From contig CAVPSB010000013.1 in the NCBI GenBank assembly GCA_963708025.1, positions 288,001-352,000 of the forward strand: a stretch of 64,000 bases of DNA, read 5' to 3'. Below the pieces are notes generated by a model. The model saw nothing but the letters and a program-made list of their open reading frames with translations. It did not search any database and was not told where the DNA came from. Shown here piece by piece: positions 30,118 through 40,400 of this stretch; position 1 is the stretch's first letter; every line of letters starts with the position of its first letter. A program made the position numbers and the translations under genes. The stretch comes from an uncultured Candidatus Rokubacteria bacterium. Its GTDB lineage: Bacteria > Methylomirabilota > Methylomirabilia > Rokubacteriales > DASRDR01.

Positions 30118-32964
30118 GTGATCGAGTTCCCGCCCTACCGGCTGGACCCGCGCTCGGGACGGCTGTGGCACGGCGACCGCCCGGTGGAACTGCGCCCCAA
30201 GGCCTGGGCGTTGCTGTGCTATCTGGCCGAGCGCCCCGGCGCTCTGGTCACCAAGGAGGAGCTGCACGCGGCCGTCTGGGGCGACACCGTCGTGTCGGAC
30301 GACACGCTGACGCAGACGCTCGGCGAGCTGCGCCGGGCGCTGCGGGACGATCCCCGGGCGCCTCGGGTGATCGAGACGGTCCACCGGCGGGGCGTTCGCT
30401 TCATCGCCAGGTTGCACGCGACCCCGGCCGACACCGCGGGAGCCGTGTCTGCCGTCGCTCCCGAACCCCTCCCGGGACCGGGATCTCCCGCCGCCCTGGT
30501 GGGGCGCGATACCGAGCTGGCGGCGCTCCGGGCCCTGTTCCGCAAGGCGTCCGCCGGCGAGCGCCAGGTGGTGCTCGTCCAGGGGGAGCCGGGCATCGGC
30601 AAGACCTCGCTCGTCGAGGCGTTCCTGGACGAGGTGCGGGCGGGGACCGGGGGTGTCCTCGTCGGCTATGGCCAGTGCGTGGAGCTACACGGGGAGCGCG
30701 AGCCCTACATGCCGGCCCTGGAGGCCCTGGAGCGGCTGAGCCAGGGATCGGCCGGCGACCGGCTGCTGCCGCTCCTGCGCGCGGTCGCCCCGAGCTGGCT
30801 GGCCCAGATGCCGTCGCTCCAGACGCCCGCCGACGCCGAGCGGCCGCGGCGCGGGGGCTCCGACACGACGCCGCACCGGATGCTGCGCGAGTTCGCGAGC
30901 CTGGTTGAAGCGGCCTCCGTCGACCACCCGCTGGTGCTCGTCCTGGAGGACCTGCACTCGAGCGACCGGGGGACCGTGGACCTGGTCTCCGTGCTCGCCC
31001 AACGGCCGCAGCGGGCGCGAGTGCTGCTCGTGGGCACCTATCGGCCGGCGCAGGCGGCCGCGCTCGATCACCCGTTCGCGCAGGTCGTCGCGACCCTGCG
31101 GGCGCGACGCCTGTGCACCAGCATCGCGCTCGAGTACCTGAGCCGGAGCGAGGTCACCGCGTACCTGCGGCGCCGCTTCCCGGGCTCGGGGGTGCCCGAC
31201 GACGTGGCCGCCTTCGTCCACGCCCACACGGACGGGAATCCGCTGTTCATGGCCAGGCTGGTGGACCATCTCCTGGATCGGGGGTGGCTGTTCGAGAACG
31301 GTGGCGTCTGGCGGCTGACCGCCCCCCTGGCCACCATCGAGCAGGACGTGCCGGACGACCTCCAGCAGCTCATCGAGGGGCAGCTGCGGCTCGTGTCACG
31401 GGCCGAGCGAGAGGTGCTCGAGGTCGCGAGCGTCGTCGGGGTGGTGTTCGATGCACCGGCGGTGGCCGCGGGGCTCGACGCCGCGCCCGAGGAGGTCGAG
31501 TCGCTCTGCGACCGGCTGTGTCGCCCACAACCCTGGCTCGAGCGCCTGGAGAGCGCTGCGTGGCCGGACGGCACGCCGGCGGGCCGCTACGGGTTCGGGC
31601 ACGCGCTCTACCAGCGCGTGCTCTACGACCGCCTCGCGCTCACCCGGCGCGCCGCCCTGCACCAGCGGATCGGCGAGCGGCTGGAGGCCGGGTACGCGGG
31701 CCGGATCACCGCCATCGCGGGCGGGCTGGCCGTGCATTTCCAGCGCAGCCGGGATCGAGGCCGCGCCGTCGGGTACCTGGAGCAGGCCGCGAGCCGAGCG
31801 TACGACCGCCTCGCCTACCGGGATGTCGTCGCGTGTCTCGAACCGGCTCTCCAGCTGCTCCGCGACCTGCCGGACACGCCGCACCGCGCCCGGGACGAGC
31901 TGCGACTGCGCCAGCTGTACAGCGTCGCGCTGTCCCAGACCGCCGGGTACGCGGCGGAGGCGTTGCTCGAGAACCTGACGCGCGCGCGAAGTCTCTGCGA
32001 GCAGCTCGCGGACCTCGCCGGACTGTTCGACGTCCTCTGCGAACTCCTCTTGCTGTACAGCCACCGCGGTGCCCTGTCCGAGGCGGAACAGATCGGCAGG
32101 GAGCTGTCGCCGCTGTCCGAGCGTCTGGACACCTCTGCCGTGCTCGAGACCTCCTTCCTGCGAGGCGCAGTCCTCGTGTGGAGAGGCGACCTGGACGCCG
32201 CGGAGCCCCTCCTGGCCAAGGCGCTGGCGTCGCCGACGGCCCTGGACGAGGCGGATCGGCTGTACGGGGTCAACCCGGTCGTCGCCGCTCGCTCCTTCGA
32301 AGGTCTGCGGCGCTGGGTCCGCGCCGAGCCTGATCGCGCGCGGGTGGTGCAAGGGGAGGCCATGGCCCTGGCCGACCGGCTCGGCCGTCCCTTCACGGTC
32401 GCCCACGCGGCGGCGTTCGGAGCCCTTCTCCTCGTGCTCGACGGCCAGTCGGCGGAGGCCGTCAGGGTCGCCACCAAGGCCGTCGATCTCTCGGAGGAGT
32501 ACGGCTTCCCGCTCTGGCAGGGGTCCGCGCTCGTCAGCCGCGGCCGGGCGCTCGTCGAGCAGGGCGAGGGTGAGCGAGGCCTCGCGGAGATCCGCCAGGG
32601 CCTCGACGTGCTGGAGCGGGCCAAATTGCGCCTCGGCGTTTCGCTGTGGTTCTCCTTTCTTGCCGGGGCCTGCCTGCAGCTGGACCGCGTGGACGAGGGG
32701 CTCGCCGCCGCCGACACCGGGCTGAGCCAGTGTCGCGACACCTCGGCGCGACTCTTCGAGGCCGAGCTCTGGCGCCTCAGAGGGGAATTGCTCCTGCGGG
32801 GGGCCCGCCGCGAGACGCCCGCCCGGCGGGCCGGGATCCGGGAAGCGGAGGAGTGCTTCGAGAAGGCGCGATCGGTGGCGCGCGCCCAGGGGGCGCGCAT
32901 GCTGGAACGGCGCGCCAGCCGGGGGAACGACAGGGGCCCCGCGCCGCGCCGGCCCGCACGCTGA
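30118..32964 (+). CDS. Transcriptional regulator: OmpR/CadC-type winged HTH + STAND AAA ATPase + TPR-like region
   Basis: LRPKAWALLCYL..VTKEELHAAVW..IETVHRRGVRF; Walker A GEPGIGKT; Walker B LVLEDLH; TDGNPLF; EAELWRLRGELLL; start uncertain. Confidence 0.9.
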   Translation: MIEFPPYRLDPRSGRLWHGDRPVELRPKAWALLCYLAERPGALVTKEELHAAVWGDTVVSDDTLTQTLGELRRALRDDPRAPRVIETVHRRGVRFIARLHATPADTAGAVSAVAPEPLPGPGSPAALVGRDTELAALRALFRKASAGERQVVLVQGEPGIGKTSLVEAFLDEVRAGTGGVLVGYGQCVELHGEREPYMPALEALERLSQGSAGDRLLPLLRAVAPSWLAQMPSLQTPADAERPRRGGSDTTPHRMLREFASLVEAASVDHPLVLVLEDLHSSDRGTVDLVSVLAQRPQRARVLLVGTYRPAQAAALDHPFAQVVATLRARRLCTSIALEYLSRSEVTAYLRRRFPGSGVPDDVAAFVHAHTDGNPLFMARLVDHLLDRGWLFENGGVWRLTAPLATIEQDVPDDLQQLIEGQLRLVSRAEREVLEVASVVGVVFDAPAVAAGLDAAPEEVESLCDRLCRPQPWLERLESAAWPDGTPAGRYGFGHALYQRVLYDRLALTRRAALHQRIGERLEAGYAGRITAIAGGLAVHFQRSRDRGRAVGYLEQAASRAYDRLAYRDVVACLEPALQLLRDLPDTPHRARDELRLRQLYSVALSQTAGYAAEALLENLTRARSLCEQLADLAGLFDVLCELLLLYSHRGALSEAEQIGRELSPLSERLDTSAVLETSFLRGAVLVWRGDLDAAEPLLAKALASPTALDEADRLYGVNPVVAARSFEGLRRWVRAEPDRARVVQGEAMALADRLGRPFTVAHAAAFGALLLVLDGQSAEAVRVATKAVDLSEEYGFPLWQGSALVSRGRALVEQGEGERGLAEIRQGLDVLERAKLRLGVSLWFSFLAGACLQLDRVDEGLAAADTGLSQCRDTSARLFEAELWRLRGELLLRGARRETPARRAGIREAEECFEKARSVARAQGARMLERRASRGNDRGPAPRRPAR

Positions 32965-33459
32965 CGGAGGACCGACAGCCTCGTCGTGACCGCGGGCAAC
33001 GGGCCGCCCAAACGCCTACGGTTGGTCGGGCGGTCTTCCCAGTCCCCCCGAAGCTCCTAGTCGATCCAGGCACTTCGTGCGTACCACGTTCGCGGCGGCG
33101 TTCTTCACGTAGGCCCGTTCACACCGTGCGGGGTTTGCGGCACCGGTACTTGGGTCAGCTTCGGCGCAGGCGCCTCGGCGCCGGCCGTGCGCCAGCGAGG
33201 CCGGTGCAGCCCAAGGGCGCCGACGTGAAGGTGGATCTCGTCAGCCGAACCCCGGGCCTCAAACCCGTGAAGCCCGGTCAGAAACCGGCGTCGCCCAAGA
33301 CGGGAGGCCCACCCACCGGCCTGGCGCAGCCTTGATACTCCCAGTGAACGTCGCCGAGACTGGCCGTCCACTCTGGGGGTGACCTTGAGAGGGCTCCCCA
33401 GTCCAGCGGGTTCTTCAGCCTGTCGAGCAGGCCACCCAGTCCTCCGCCGCCCCCCCCGC

Positions 33460-33600
33460 TCCCGAAGCGCAGCAGCTTCGTGTCGCGGTCGTACAGCCCG
33501 CCGGCGAAGCCGAACGGAATCGGCCCGGAATCCCGGCTGCAGCGCTGTCGCGCATCACGTTGCCCCACGGGTCGTAGTCGGTTCGCTGGACTGGGTAGAG
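33460..33600 (-). pseudogene. RHS repeat-associated core fragment
   Basis: VQRTDYDPWGNVMRDS / PIPFGFAGGLYDRDTKLLRFG split over two frames. Confidence 0.75.
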
Positions 33601-33836
33601 GTATCTCCTCATACTTGACGGGCAGCGGATCGCCATCCATGATCACCAGGGCGATATTCATCGGGCGCTCGACCGTTGCGGCAAGCGCCCGGGGTGGTGC
33701 CGAAGAGGCCAATTGAGCAAGCCGGAGGCGGAAACGGATCCTTGGCCAATCGAAGAATGGTGTCGATTGCAGGTGGCGATAGTGATCTGGCCGGCCAGAC
33801 GATCCGTCCGGCCACCTGGACTACTGGAGATGACCC

Positions 33837-34967
33837 ATGAACATACCCTCCCAGCCTGATCAAGAACTCGAACAGCGCCTGGCGACCCCTTTACTGGATG
33901 TCCTGATCCGTGCCGGCCTGATCCTCGCCATGACCGTGCTTTGCTACCAGGTCTTCTCCCCGTTCCTGCACCTGATGGTCTGGGCGCTGATCCTGGCCGT
34001 CACGCTCTATCCGCTCCACCAATCCCTGGCCCGCAGGATCGGGGGCAAGCAAGGACTTGCCGCAACCCTGGTGGTCGTCGTTTTCGTCGTGCTGATCGTG
34101 GCGCCGACGGCGATGCTGGCAAGCTCGCTTGGCGATTCGGTGCGTCAGCTGGTCAACGACGTGCAGAACAACTCGCTGAAGATTCCAGCCCCGCGCCCCG
34201 GGGTCGAGGCATGGCCGGTCGTCGGCAAGAGGTTCCACGACGTCTGGTCCAAGGCGCATGCGGACCTGCCGGCGCTGGTGCAGAGCATGCAGCCAAAGAT
34301 TGGCGAACTGGCGAAGACGGCCCTGAGCTTCGTCGCCAGCATCGGTGGTGGACTGTTGCAGTTTTTGGCCTCCTTCATCATTGCCGGCATCATCATGGCT
34401 TTCGGGCAGTCGGGCAGTCGCACCAGCCGGGCGATCTTCGAGCGCCTCGTCGGCAGCGCCCGCGGCGGCGAATATGCCAGCCTGTCCACGGCGACCATTC
34501 GTGCCGTCGCCCAAGGGGTGATCGGGGTGGCCTTGATCCAGGCCATCCTCGTCGGCTTGGCCCTGCTGGTCGCCGGGGTTCCGTGGGCGGCTGTGCTGGC
34601 GGTGCTCGTGCTGGTTCTCGGCATCGCCCAGGTCCCGGCGCTGATCGTGACCTTGCCCGCCATCGTCTACATCTGGTCGAGCGGCGATTACGGCACTGCG
34701 GCGGCGATCGCCTACACCGTGGTGCTGTTCCTGTCGGGCATGGCGGACAACGTGCTGAAGCCGCTGATGCTGGGCAGGGGGGTCGATGCGCCGATGCCGG
34801 TCGTTCTGCTCGGTGCGCTGGGCGGCATGGCGGCTGGTGGCATCCTGGGGATGTTCGTCGGCGCCACCCTGCTGACGCTGGGCTATCAGATCTTCATGGG
34901 CTGGGTGGCGGCCAACCCGGACGCCGGACAGGCTCAGGCGGAAAGCGACGCGCAGTCGGCGCGCTAA
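33837..34967 (+). CDS. AI-2E family transporter
   Basis: WALILAVTLYPL, ADNVLKPLMLGRGVDAPMPVVLLGALGG. Confidence 0.92.
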   Translation: MNIPSQPDQELEQRLATPLLDVLIRAGLILAMTVLCYQVFSPFLHLMVWALILAVTLYPLHQSLARRIGGKQGLAATLVVVVFVVLIVAPTAMLASSLGDSVRQLVNDVQNNSLKIPAPRPGVEAWPVVGKRFHDVWSKAHADLPALVQSMQPKIGELAKTALSFVASIGGGLLQFLASFIIAGIIMAFGQSGSRTSRAIFERLVGSARGGEYASLSTATIRAVAQGVIGVALIQAILVGLALLVAGVPWAAVLAVLVLVLGIAQVPALIVTLPAIVYIWSSGDYGTAAAIAYTVVLFLSGMADNVLKPLMLGRGVDAPMPVVLLGALGGMAAGGILGMFVGATLLTLGYQIFMGWVAANPDAGQAQAESDAQSAR

Positions 34968-35409
34968 CAACCGCTCCCAGGTCATCACGGTGGAGGTCGA
35001 AGTGCCCGCGAGCGGCGGTTACGGCACCGTGATCGCACAGGGCGGGCGCTTTGGCGTCGGGTCACTCTACGTCAAGGACGGCGTGCCGGCGTACGACTAC
35101 AACTACCTTGGCCTCCGGCGCTTCACGGTCGCCTCCACGAAAAAGCTCGCGCCCGCGAAGTCCACGGCGGTGTTCCAGTGTGACTATGACGGGGGCGGCC
35201 CGGCAAAGGGGGCGAGGGGACGCTGCTCGTGAACGGCGAAAAGGTCGCCGAGGGACGGACTGGCATCACGCAGCCCGGCATCTTCTCCGCCGACGAGACC
35301 GGCGAAATCGGCATCGATCTCCGGACGCCGGTGGTTCGAGGCCATCGGGTCGGAAGCGAAGTCGCGCTTCACGGGGCGGATACCGAAGGTAACCGTCCGG
35401 GTGTGGCTA
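34968..35409 (+). pseudogene. C-terminal remnant of a large arylsulfatase
   Basis: ITVEVEVP..IAQGGRFG..YDYNYLGL..YDGGG../VNGEKVAEG..FSADET..IDLRTPVV/EAIGSEAKSRFTGRIPKVTV; frameshifted, catalytic domain absent. Confidence 0.8.
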
Positions 35410-35547
35410 GGACCTCCTCTGTCCCGACCAGACGCCTGCACGCACAGCGCATCGATCGTTGACAGCGCCTGTCGGTGGTGTCACCCTGAGGCAGCCGACG
35501 CAGGCGGGGTGCGAGGTGCACAAACGGAACGAAGGGGAGGTATCCCG

Positions 35548-36351
35548 ATGGTCGCTGGGAAATCCGCGAGAGCCGCTACGACGAGCCTGTGCTGGGTTGC
35601 GCTGGGTTTGATGCTTGGGCTGGGAGGGGCGCGCTCCGGAGCGAGCGCCGCCGAGGCAGACGCCAGGAACCTGTTCAAGGCCATGTCCGACTACATGGCG
35701 GCGCAGAAATCGATATCGTTCCAGTACGATACCGACCTCGAGATCGTGACCAAGGATAGGCAGAAGCTCGGGCTCGCGAGCTCCGGGCGGGTCACGCTCA
35801 ATCGGCCGGACAAGATCCGGGTCACGCGCACCGGCGGCTTTGCGGATGTCGAGTTCCTCTTCGATGGCAAGACGCTGACACTGCTCGGCAAGACCTCGAA
35901 CCTCTATGCTCAGATCGAGGTGCCGGGGACGATCGATCATCTGATCGACGAGTTGAGGGACAAGGGGAGACCCGTGCCTGGCGCAGACCTGCTACTGTCG
36001 AATGTCAACGACACGCTGATGGCCACTGTGACCAACGTCAAGGACCTTGGCAGTGGCGTCATCGGCGGGGTTGAATGCGATCACCTCGCGTTTCGAACGA
36101 AGGAGGTCGACTGGCAGATCTGGATTGCCCAGGGAAGCCGGCCCTATCCTTGCCGCTATGTCATCACCAGCACCAAGGTTCCGCAGGCACCACAATACAT
36201 CCTCACGATCAGGGACTGGAAGACCGGCGACGAGGTCGGGTCCGACGATTTCAGCTTCAAGAACGCCACGAACGCCACGAAGAAGGGTCTGGCCGATCTC
36301 CCCAACATGGACGAGTTGCCGCAGATCTTTGCGGTCGGAGGCAAGAAATGA
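35548..36351 (+). CDS. DUF2092 periplasmic protein
   Basis: AMSDYMAAQKSISF, LNRPDKIRV, PGADLL, CDHLAFRTKEVDWQIWI. Confidence 0.9.
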   Translation: MVAGKSARAATTSLCWVALGLMLGLGGARSGASAAEADARNLFKAMSDYMAAQKSISFQYDTDLEIVTKDRQKLGLASSGRVTLNRPDKIRVTRTGGFADVEFLFDGKTLTLLGKTSNLYAQIEVPGTIDHLIDELRDKGRPVPGADLLLSNVNDTLMATVTNVKDLGSGVIGGVECDHLAFRTKEVDWQIWIAQGSRPYPCRYVITSTKVPQAPQYILTIRDWKTGDEVGSDDFSFKNATNATKKGLADLPNMDELPQIFAVGGKK

Positions 36352-36560
36352 GCGTGGCGAAGCGAGTCGTCATCCTCTTGATGGCCGGGATCATCGGCCT
36401 GTGTGCCCTCGAACTGGGCGATCAGCTTTCGATCCCCGGCGTCGACGGCTTCATCTCGTCGGCCGAGGCTGTCGTGGGGCGGCCGCTGACGCCCGTGAGC
36501 GTTGCCGGGGTGGCGCGGCGCACCGTCAGGCGCTGCGCGGTCGGCGTCTATAACTGCTAG
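36348..36560 (+). CDS. Small conserved exported protein (70 aa)
   Basis: ATGA-coupled to DUF2092; hydrophobic N-terminus and GRPLTPVSVAGVARRTVRRC motif. Confidence 0.75.
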   Translation: MSVAKRVVILLMAGIIGLCALELGDQLSIPGVDGFISSAEAVVGRPLTPVSVAGVARRTVRRCAVGVYNC

Positions 36561-37008
36561 CGACCGATCGACTCCGGCTCCGACGGCATAGCGAAGCCGA
36601 CAACCTACTCCGCTGGCGTCGCGCTACACTCGGCCGTCACTCGGGCGGCCGGCGGGCTGGAGACGGGGGCCGGAGGTCGAGGGCGCGCAAGGCCTAGGGC
36701 GGCCGACCAGATCGAGCTCGTTGGAAGCGTCGTGGCGCGGAGCTTGCGACCGGGCGCGTGCGATTCCGCCGGGCCGGTGACGGATGATCGTCGTTGATGC
36801 CGGAGGCCGCGCCAGGGCAATGCGTGTAGGGGTCTTGTCCGGCCGATGAGGCGCTGCGCGCTCGTTGCCGGCGAACGAGGGCTTCGTCCGCGGGGAAGCC
36901 ACACGGGCCAATTACCCCGGCGAGCTCCGGACGGACGCACTACGGACTTCATCCGCCTCGGCGACCCGCTCTTCGGCGGGGTATTTGTTTCTCAACCGGA
37001 GGGTCACC

Positions 37009-37389
37009 ATGGTCATCGCCAACCGACGCCTACTGCTTCCTTTCCTGTGCATGATCACGCTGTCCGGCTGCGAAGGACTCCTGGTCACCGACACGCAGAG
37101 CCTGCTCGCCCCCACGTTCACGCGGTCAGAGATCCTCGGCTTGATAGCGGGATTTGGAACGACCTTTGCGGCCCTGCCGGACCTGATCTCGATGCTGAGG
37201 CGGCGCTCGAGCGCGGGCATGAACCCGAAGATGGCAGCGATCATGGGCGCCTTCCAGATCCTGTGGATCTGGTACGGACTGCTCATCGGTTCGAGACCCG
37301 TGGTGCTCTGGAATGCGATTGCCGTGGTGACGAACTCGTTTGTCGTGGGCGCGTATCGTCACTATGCGCGCCGCGAACGTGGCGTATAG
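37009..37389 (+). CDS. SemiSWEET/PQ-loop family transporter with N-terminal extension
   Basis: GLIAGFGTTFAALPD, LWIWYGLL, PVVLWNAI three-helix bundle; GGAGG RBS. Confidence 0.8.
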   Translation: MVIANRRLLLPFLCMITLSGCEGLLVTDTQSLLAPTFTRSEILGLIAGFGTTFAALPDLISMLRRRSSAGMNPKMAAIMGAFQILWIWYGLLIGSRPVVLWNAIAVVTNSFVVGAYRHYARRERGV

Positions 37390-37405
37390 TTGGGTGAACG
37401 AGCCG

Positions 37406-40400
37406 ATGTCACGTATGATTCGTCGCGCTCTGGTGGCGCTGGCGGTTGCCGGGCTGCTCGTCGGTGCCGCCGCGGGCGCGGCGTGGATCCTCTTCCGCCT
37501 CTACGGGCCCGATCTCGTCCGCGCCCAGCTCGAGCGCGCGCTGGCGACCGCGCTCGAGCGTCCGGCGCGTGTCGGCGCGGTGAGCTTCCGTCCGTGGGCG
37601 GCCGGTCTCCGCGTGTCGGGCGTGACCGTCGCGAGCGGAGCCCGCCCGGAGGACGGCACGCTCCTCCGGCTCGACCATGCCGACGTCGGCGTCCGGCTCG
37701 AGAGCCTCTGGCGGCGCCGGCTCGTCGTGGCCGTGACCCTCGCCGAGCTCGACGTCGCCACCACGGCGGGCGGGGGCGCCGCCGATCTGGCCGCGCTGGC
37801 CGTCCCCTCCACGTTCGCCCTCGGCTCGGTGGAGGTCCGCGTCGGGGTGATCCGCCTGGTGAACGGCCGCGTCCGCCATCGGGACCCGGAGGCCGGCTGG
37901 GCGGTCGAGGCGCGCGGGATCGACGCCGACGGCCGGCCCGGGCCCGATGCCCTCGCGCTCTCCGCCCGCGTCGAGAGCCTTCTGATCGAGGCGCCCGGCA
38001 TGCGGGAGCGCCTCGAGCGGCTCCGCGCCGAGGGGATCGTCCGTCCTGGCCAGATCCGGCTGGAGGCCGGGCGCTTTCGGTGGGAGGGCCACGAGATCCG
38101 GCTTGCCGGCGAGCTGCGCCAGCCCGACGCCGCCCTCGAGGTGCGCGCCACCGCGCGGGGCGAGGTCGCGCTGGCGGCCGTCGCGAAGCGGGCCGGGGTG
38201 ACCGTACCGCTCGGTGGGCTCGCCGGGGTCGACGCGACGCTGGAGGGTCCGGTGGCCGCCCCGCGCCTCGAGGCCCGCGTCACGGTGCCCGACCTGGCCG
38301 CGGGTCCGCTCCGCGCCCGGGACGTCCACCTGGCCGGCACCTTCATCGACGGGACGCTCCGCGTCCCCGACGTCCAGGCCGACCTCTTCGGCGGCCGCGT
38401 CCGGGGCGCGCTCACCGTCACCCCGGAGGCCACCGGAGGCGCGCGGCGCGTCGCGCTGACGCTGAGCGATCTCCACCTGCCCGGCGTGCTCGCGCCGCTC
38501 GGCCCCGGGACCGTGCGGGCCGAAGCCCGGGTCACCGACGGCGCGATCGAGCTGGGGCCGGTGACGGCGCGCTGGGCCGACGCGCGCCTCGACGTCACGG
38601 GACGCGTGGAGGCCGGCCAGCGCCTGGCCCTGCGCGCGGACCTCGACGCCGATCTCGGCGCCCTCGGGCGGGCCGCGGTCCCGGGGGGCGTCGCCGGCCG
38701 GGTCCGCATGACGGCGGACGCCACGGGGACGTGGGAGCGGCCGGTGCTCGCCGGGCAGGTCGAGACGGGGCCGCTCGTGGTGGCGACCCAGCCGGTTGAC
38801 CGCGCGACGCTGCGGTACCGGCTCGAGGGACACGACGGGCTCGCGCGGTGGACGGGCACGCTCGACACGGCCCGCGTCGCGGCGCCGGGCCTGCCGCTCG
38901 AGGATCTCAGCGCCGCGTTCACCCTCGACGGGACCGCTGTCGACGTCCAGCGCCTCACGGGCCGTGTCGCCGGGGTCCCGGTCGCCGGGCGGGGCGCCTG
39001 GCGCTGGGCCGGCGCGCGTGCTCGCGCCGCTCGGCCCCGGGACCGTGCGGGCCGAAGCCCGGGTCACCGGCGGCGCGATCGAGCTGGGACCGGCGACGGC
39101 GCGCTGGGCCGACGCGCGGCTCGACGTCACGGGACGCGTGGAGGCCGGCCAGCGCCTGGCCCTGCGCGCGGACCTCGACGCCGACCTCGGCGCCCTCGGG
39201 CGGGCCGCGGTCCCGGGGGGCGTCGCCGGTCGGGTCCGCATGACGGCGGACGCCACGGGGACGCGGGAGCGGCCGGTGCTCGCCGGGCAGGTCGAGACGG
39301 GGCCACTCGTGGTGGCGACCCAGCCGGTCGACCGCGCGGTGCTGCGGTACCGGCTCGAGGGACACGACGGGCTCGCGCGGTGGACGGGCACGCTCGACGC
39401 GGTCCGCATCGCGGCGCCGGGCCTGCCGCTCGAGGATCTCAGCGCCGCGTTCACCCTCGACGGGACCGCTGTCGACGTCCAGCGCCTCACGGGCCGCGTC
39501 GCCGGGGTCCCGGTCGCCGGGCGGGGCGCCTGGCGCTGGGCCGGCGGCGGACGGGCCGAGGCCGACCTCGGGCCCGTGGCCCTCGCCGCGCTCCCGGGAC
39601 GCCCACCGGGGCTCCCGCTCGTCGGGACGGGCTCGGGGCGAGTCCAGGCCACGGTGGAGCGCGGGACGGTGTCGGCGACGGGGACGTTCGACCTGAGCGA
39701 GGTGGTGCTCGCCGACGTCCCGCTGGGGACCGGTGGCGGGCGCATCGGCCTCGACGGGCGCGAGGTGACCGCCGAGCTGACCTTTCCCGCGCGCCGGGTC
39801 CGGGCCACCGGGAGCGGTCACCTCGAGACCGGCCGGATCGTCAGGGCGCACGCGCAGGTCGAGCGCCTCGAGCTGGACCCGCTCCTCCGGCGCTTCGCGC
39901 CGGTCGCGCAGCATCACGTCAGCGGCTCGGTCTCGGCGCGCGTCCAGGCCGAGGTGCCGGTGGGTCAGCTGGAGGCGGCCCGCGTGACGGCGTGGATCAC
40001 CCCGGAGGACCTCATGGTCGCCGGTGAGCGCTGGACGGCGCGCTCCCCCGCGGTGATCCGCTGGGAGCGGCGGCGACTCTCGATGGCCGACCTCCGGCTC
40101 GCCAGCCCGCTCGGCACCCTGACGGCCTCGGGCGGCGTCGAGGCCGAACGCGGCGAGGGGCGGCTGGCCCTCGCCCTCGAGGACGCGCGGCTCCCTCCCC
40201 CGCTCGACCGCGTCGGTCGTGGCCGGGTCCAGGCCGAGGCGCGTCTCACGCGGGCGGCGCTGGAGGACGTGTCGCTCCACGCGCGCTGGCCGGCCGGCTC
40301 GCTCACGCTCGGGGGCCGGGCGCCATTCGACGGCGCGATGGCGCTCCGCGCCCGGCTGACCGGGGACGTCGCCGAGGTGGCCCGGGCCTTCGATCTCGGC

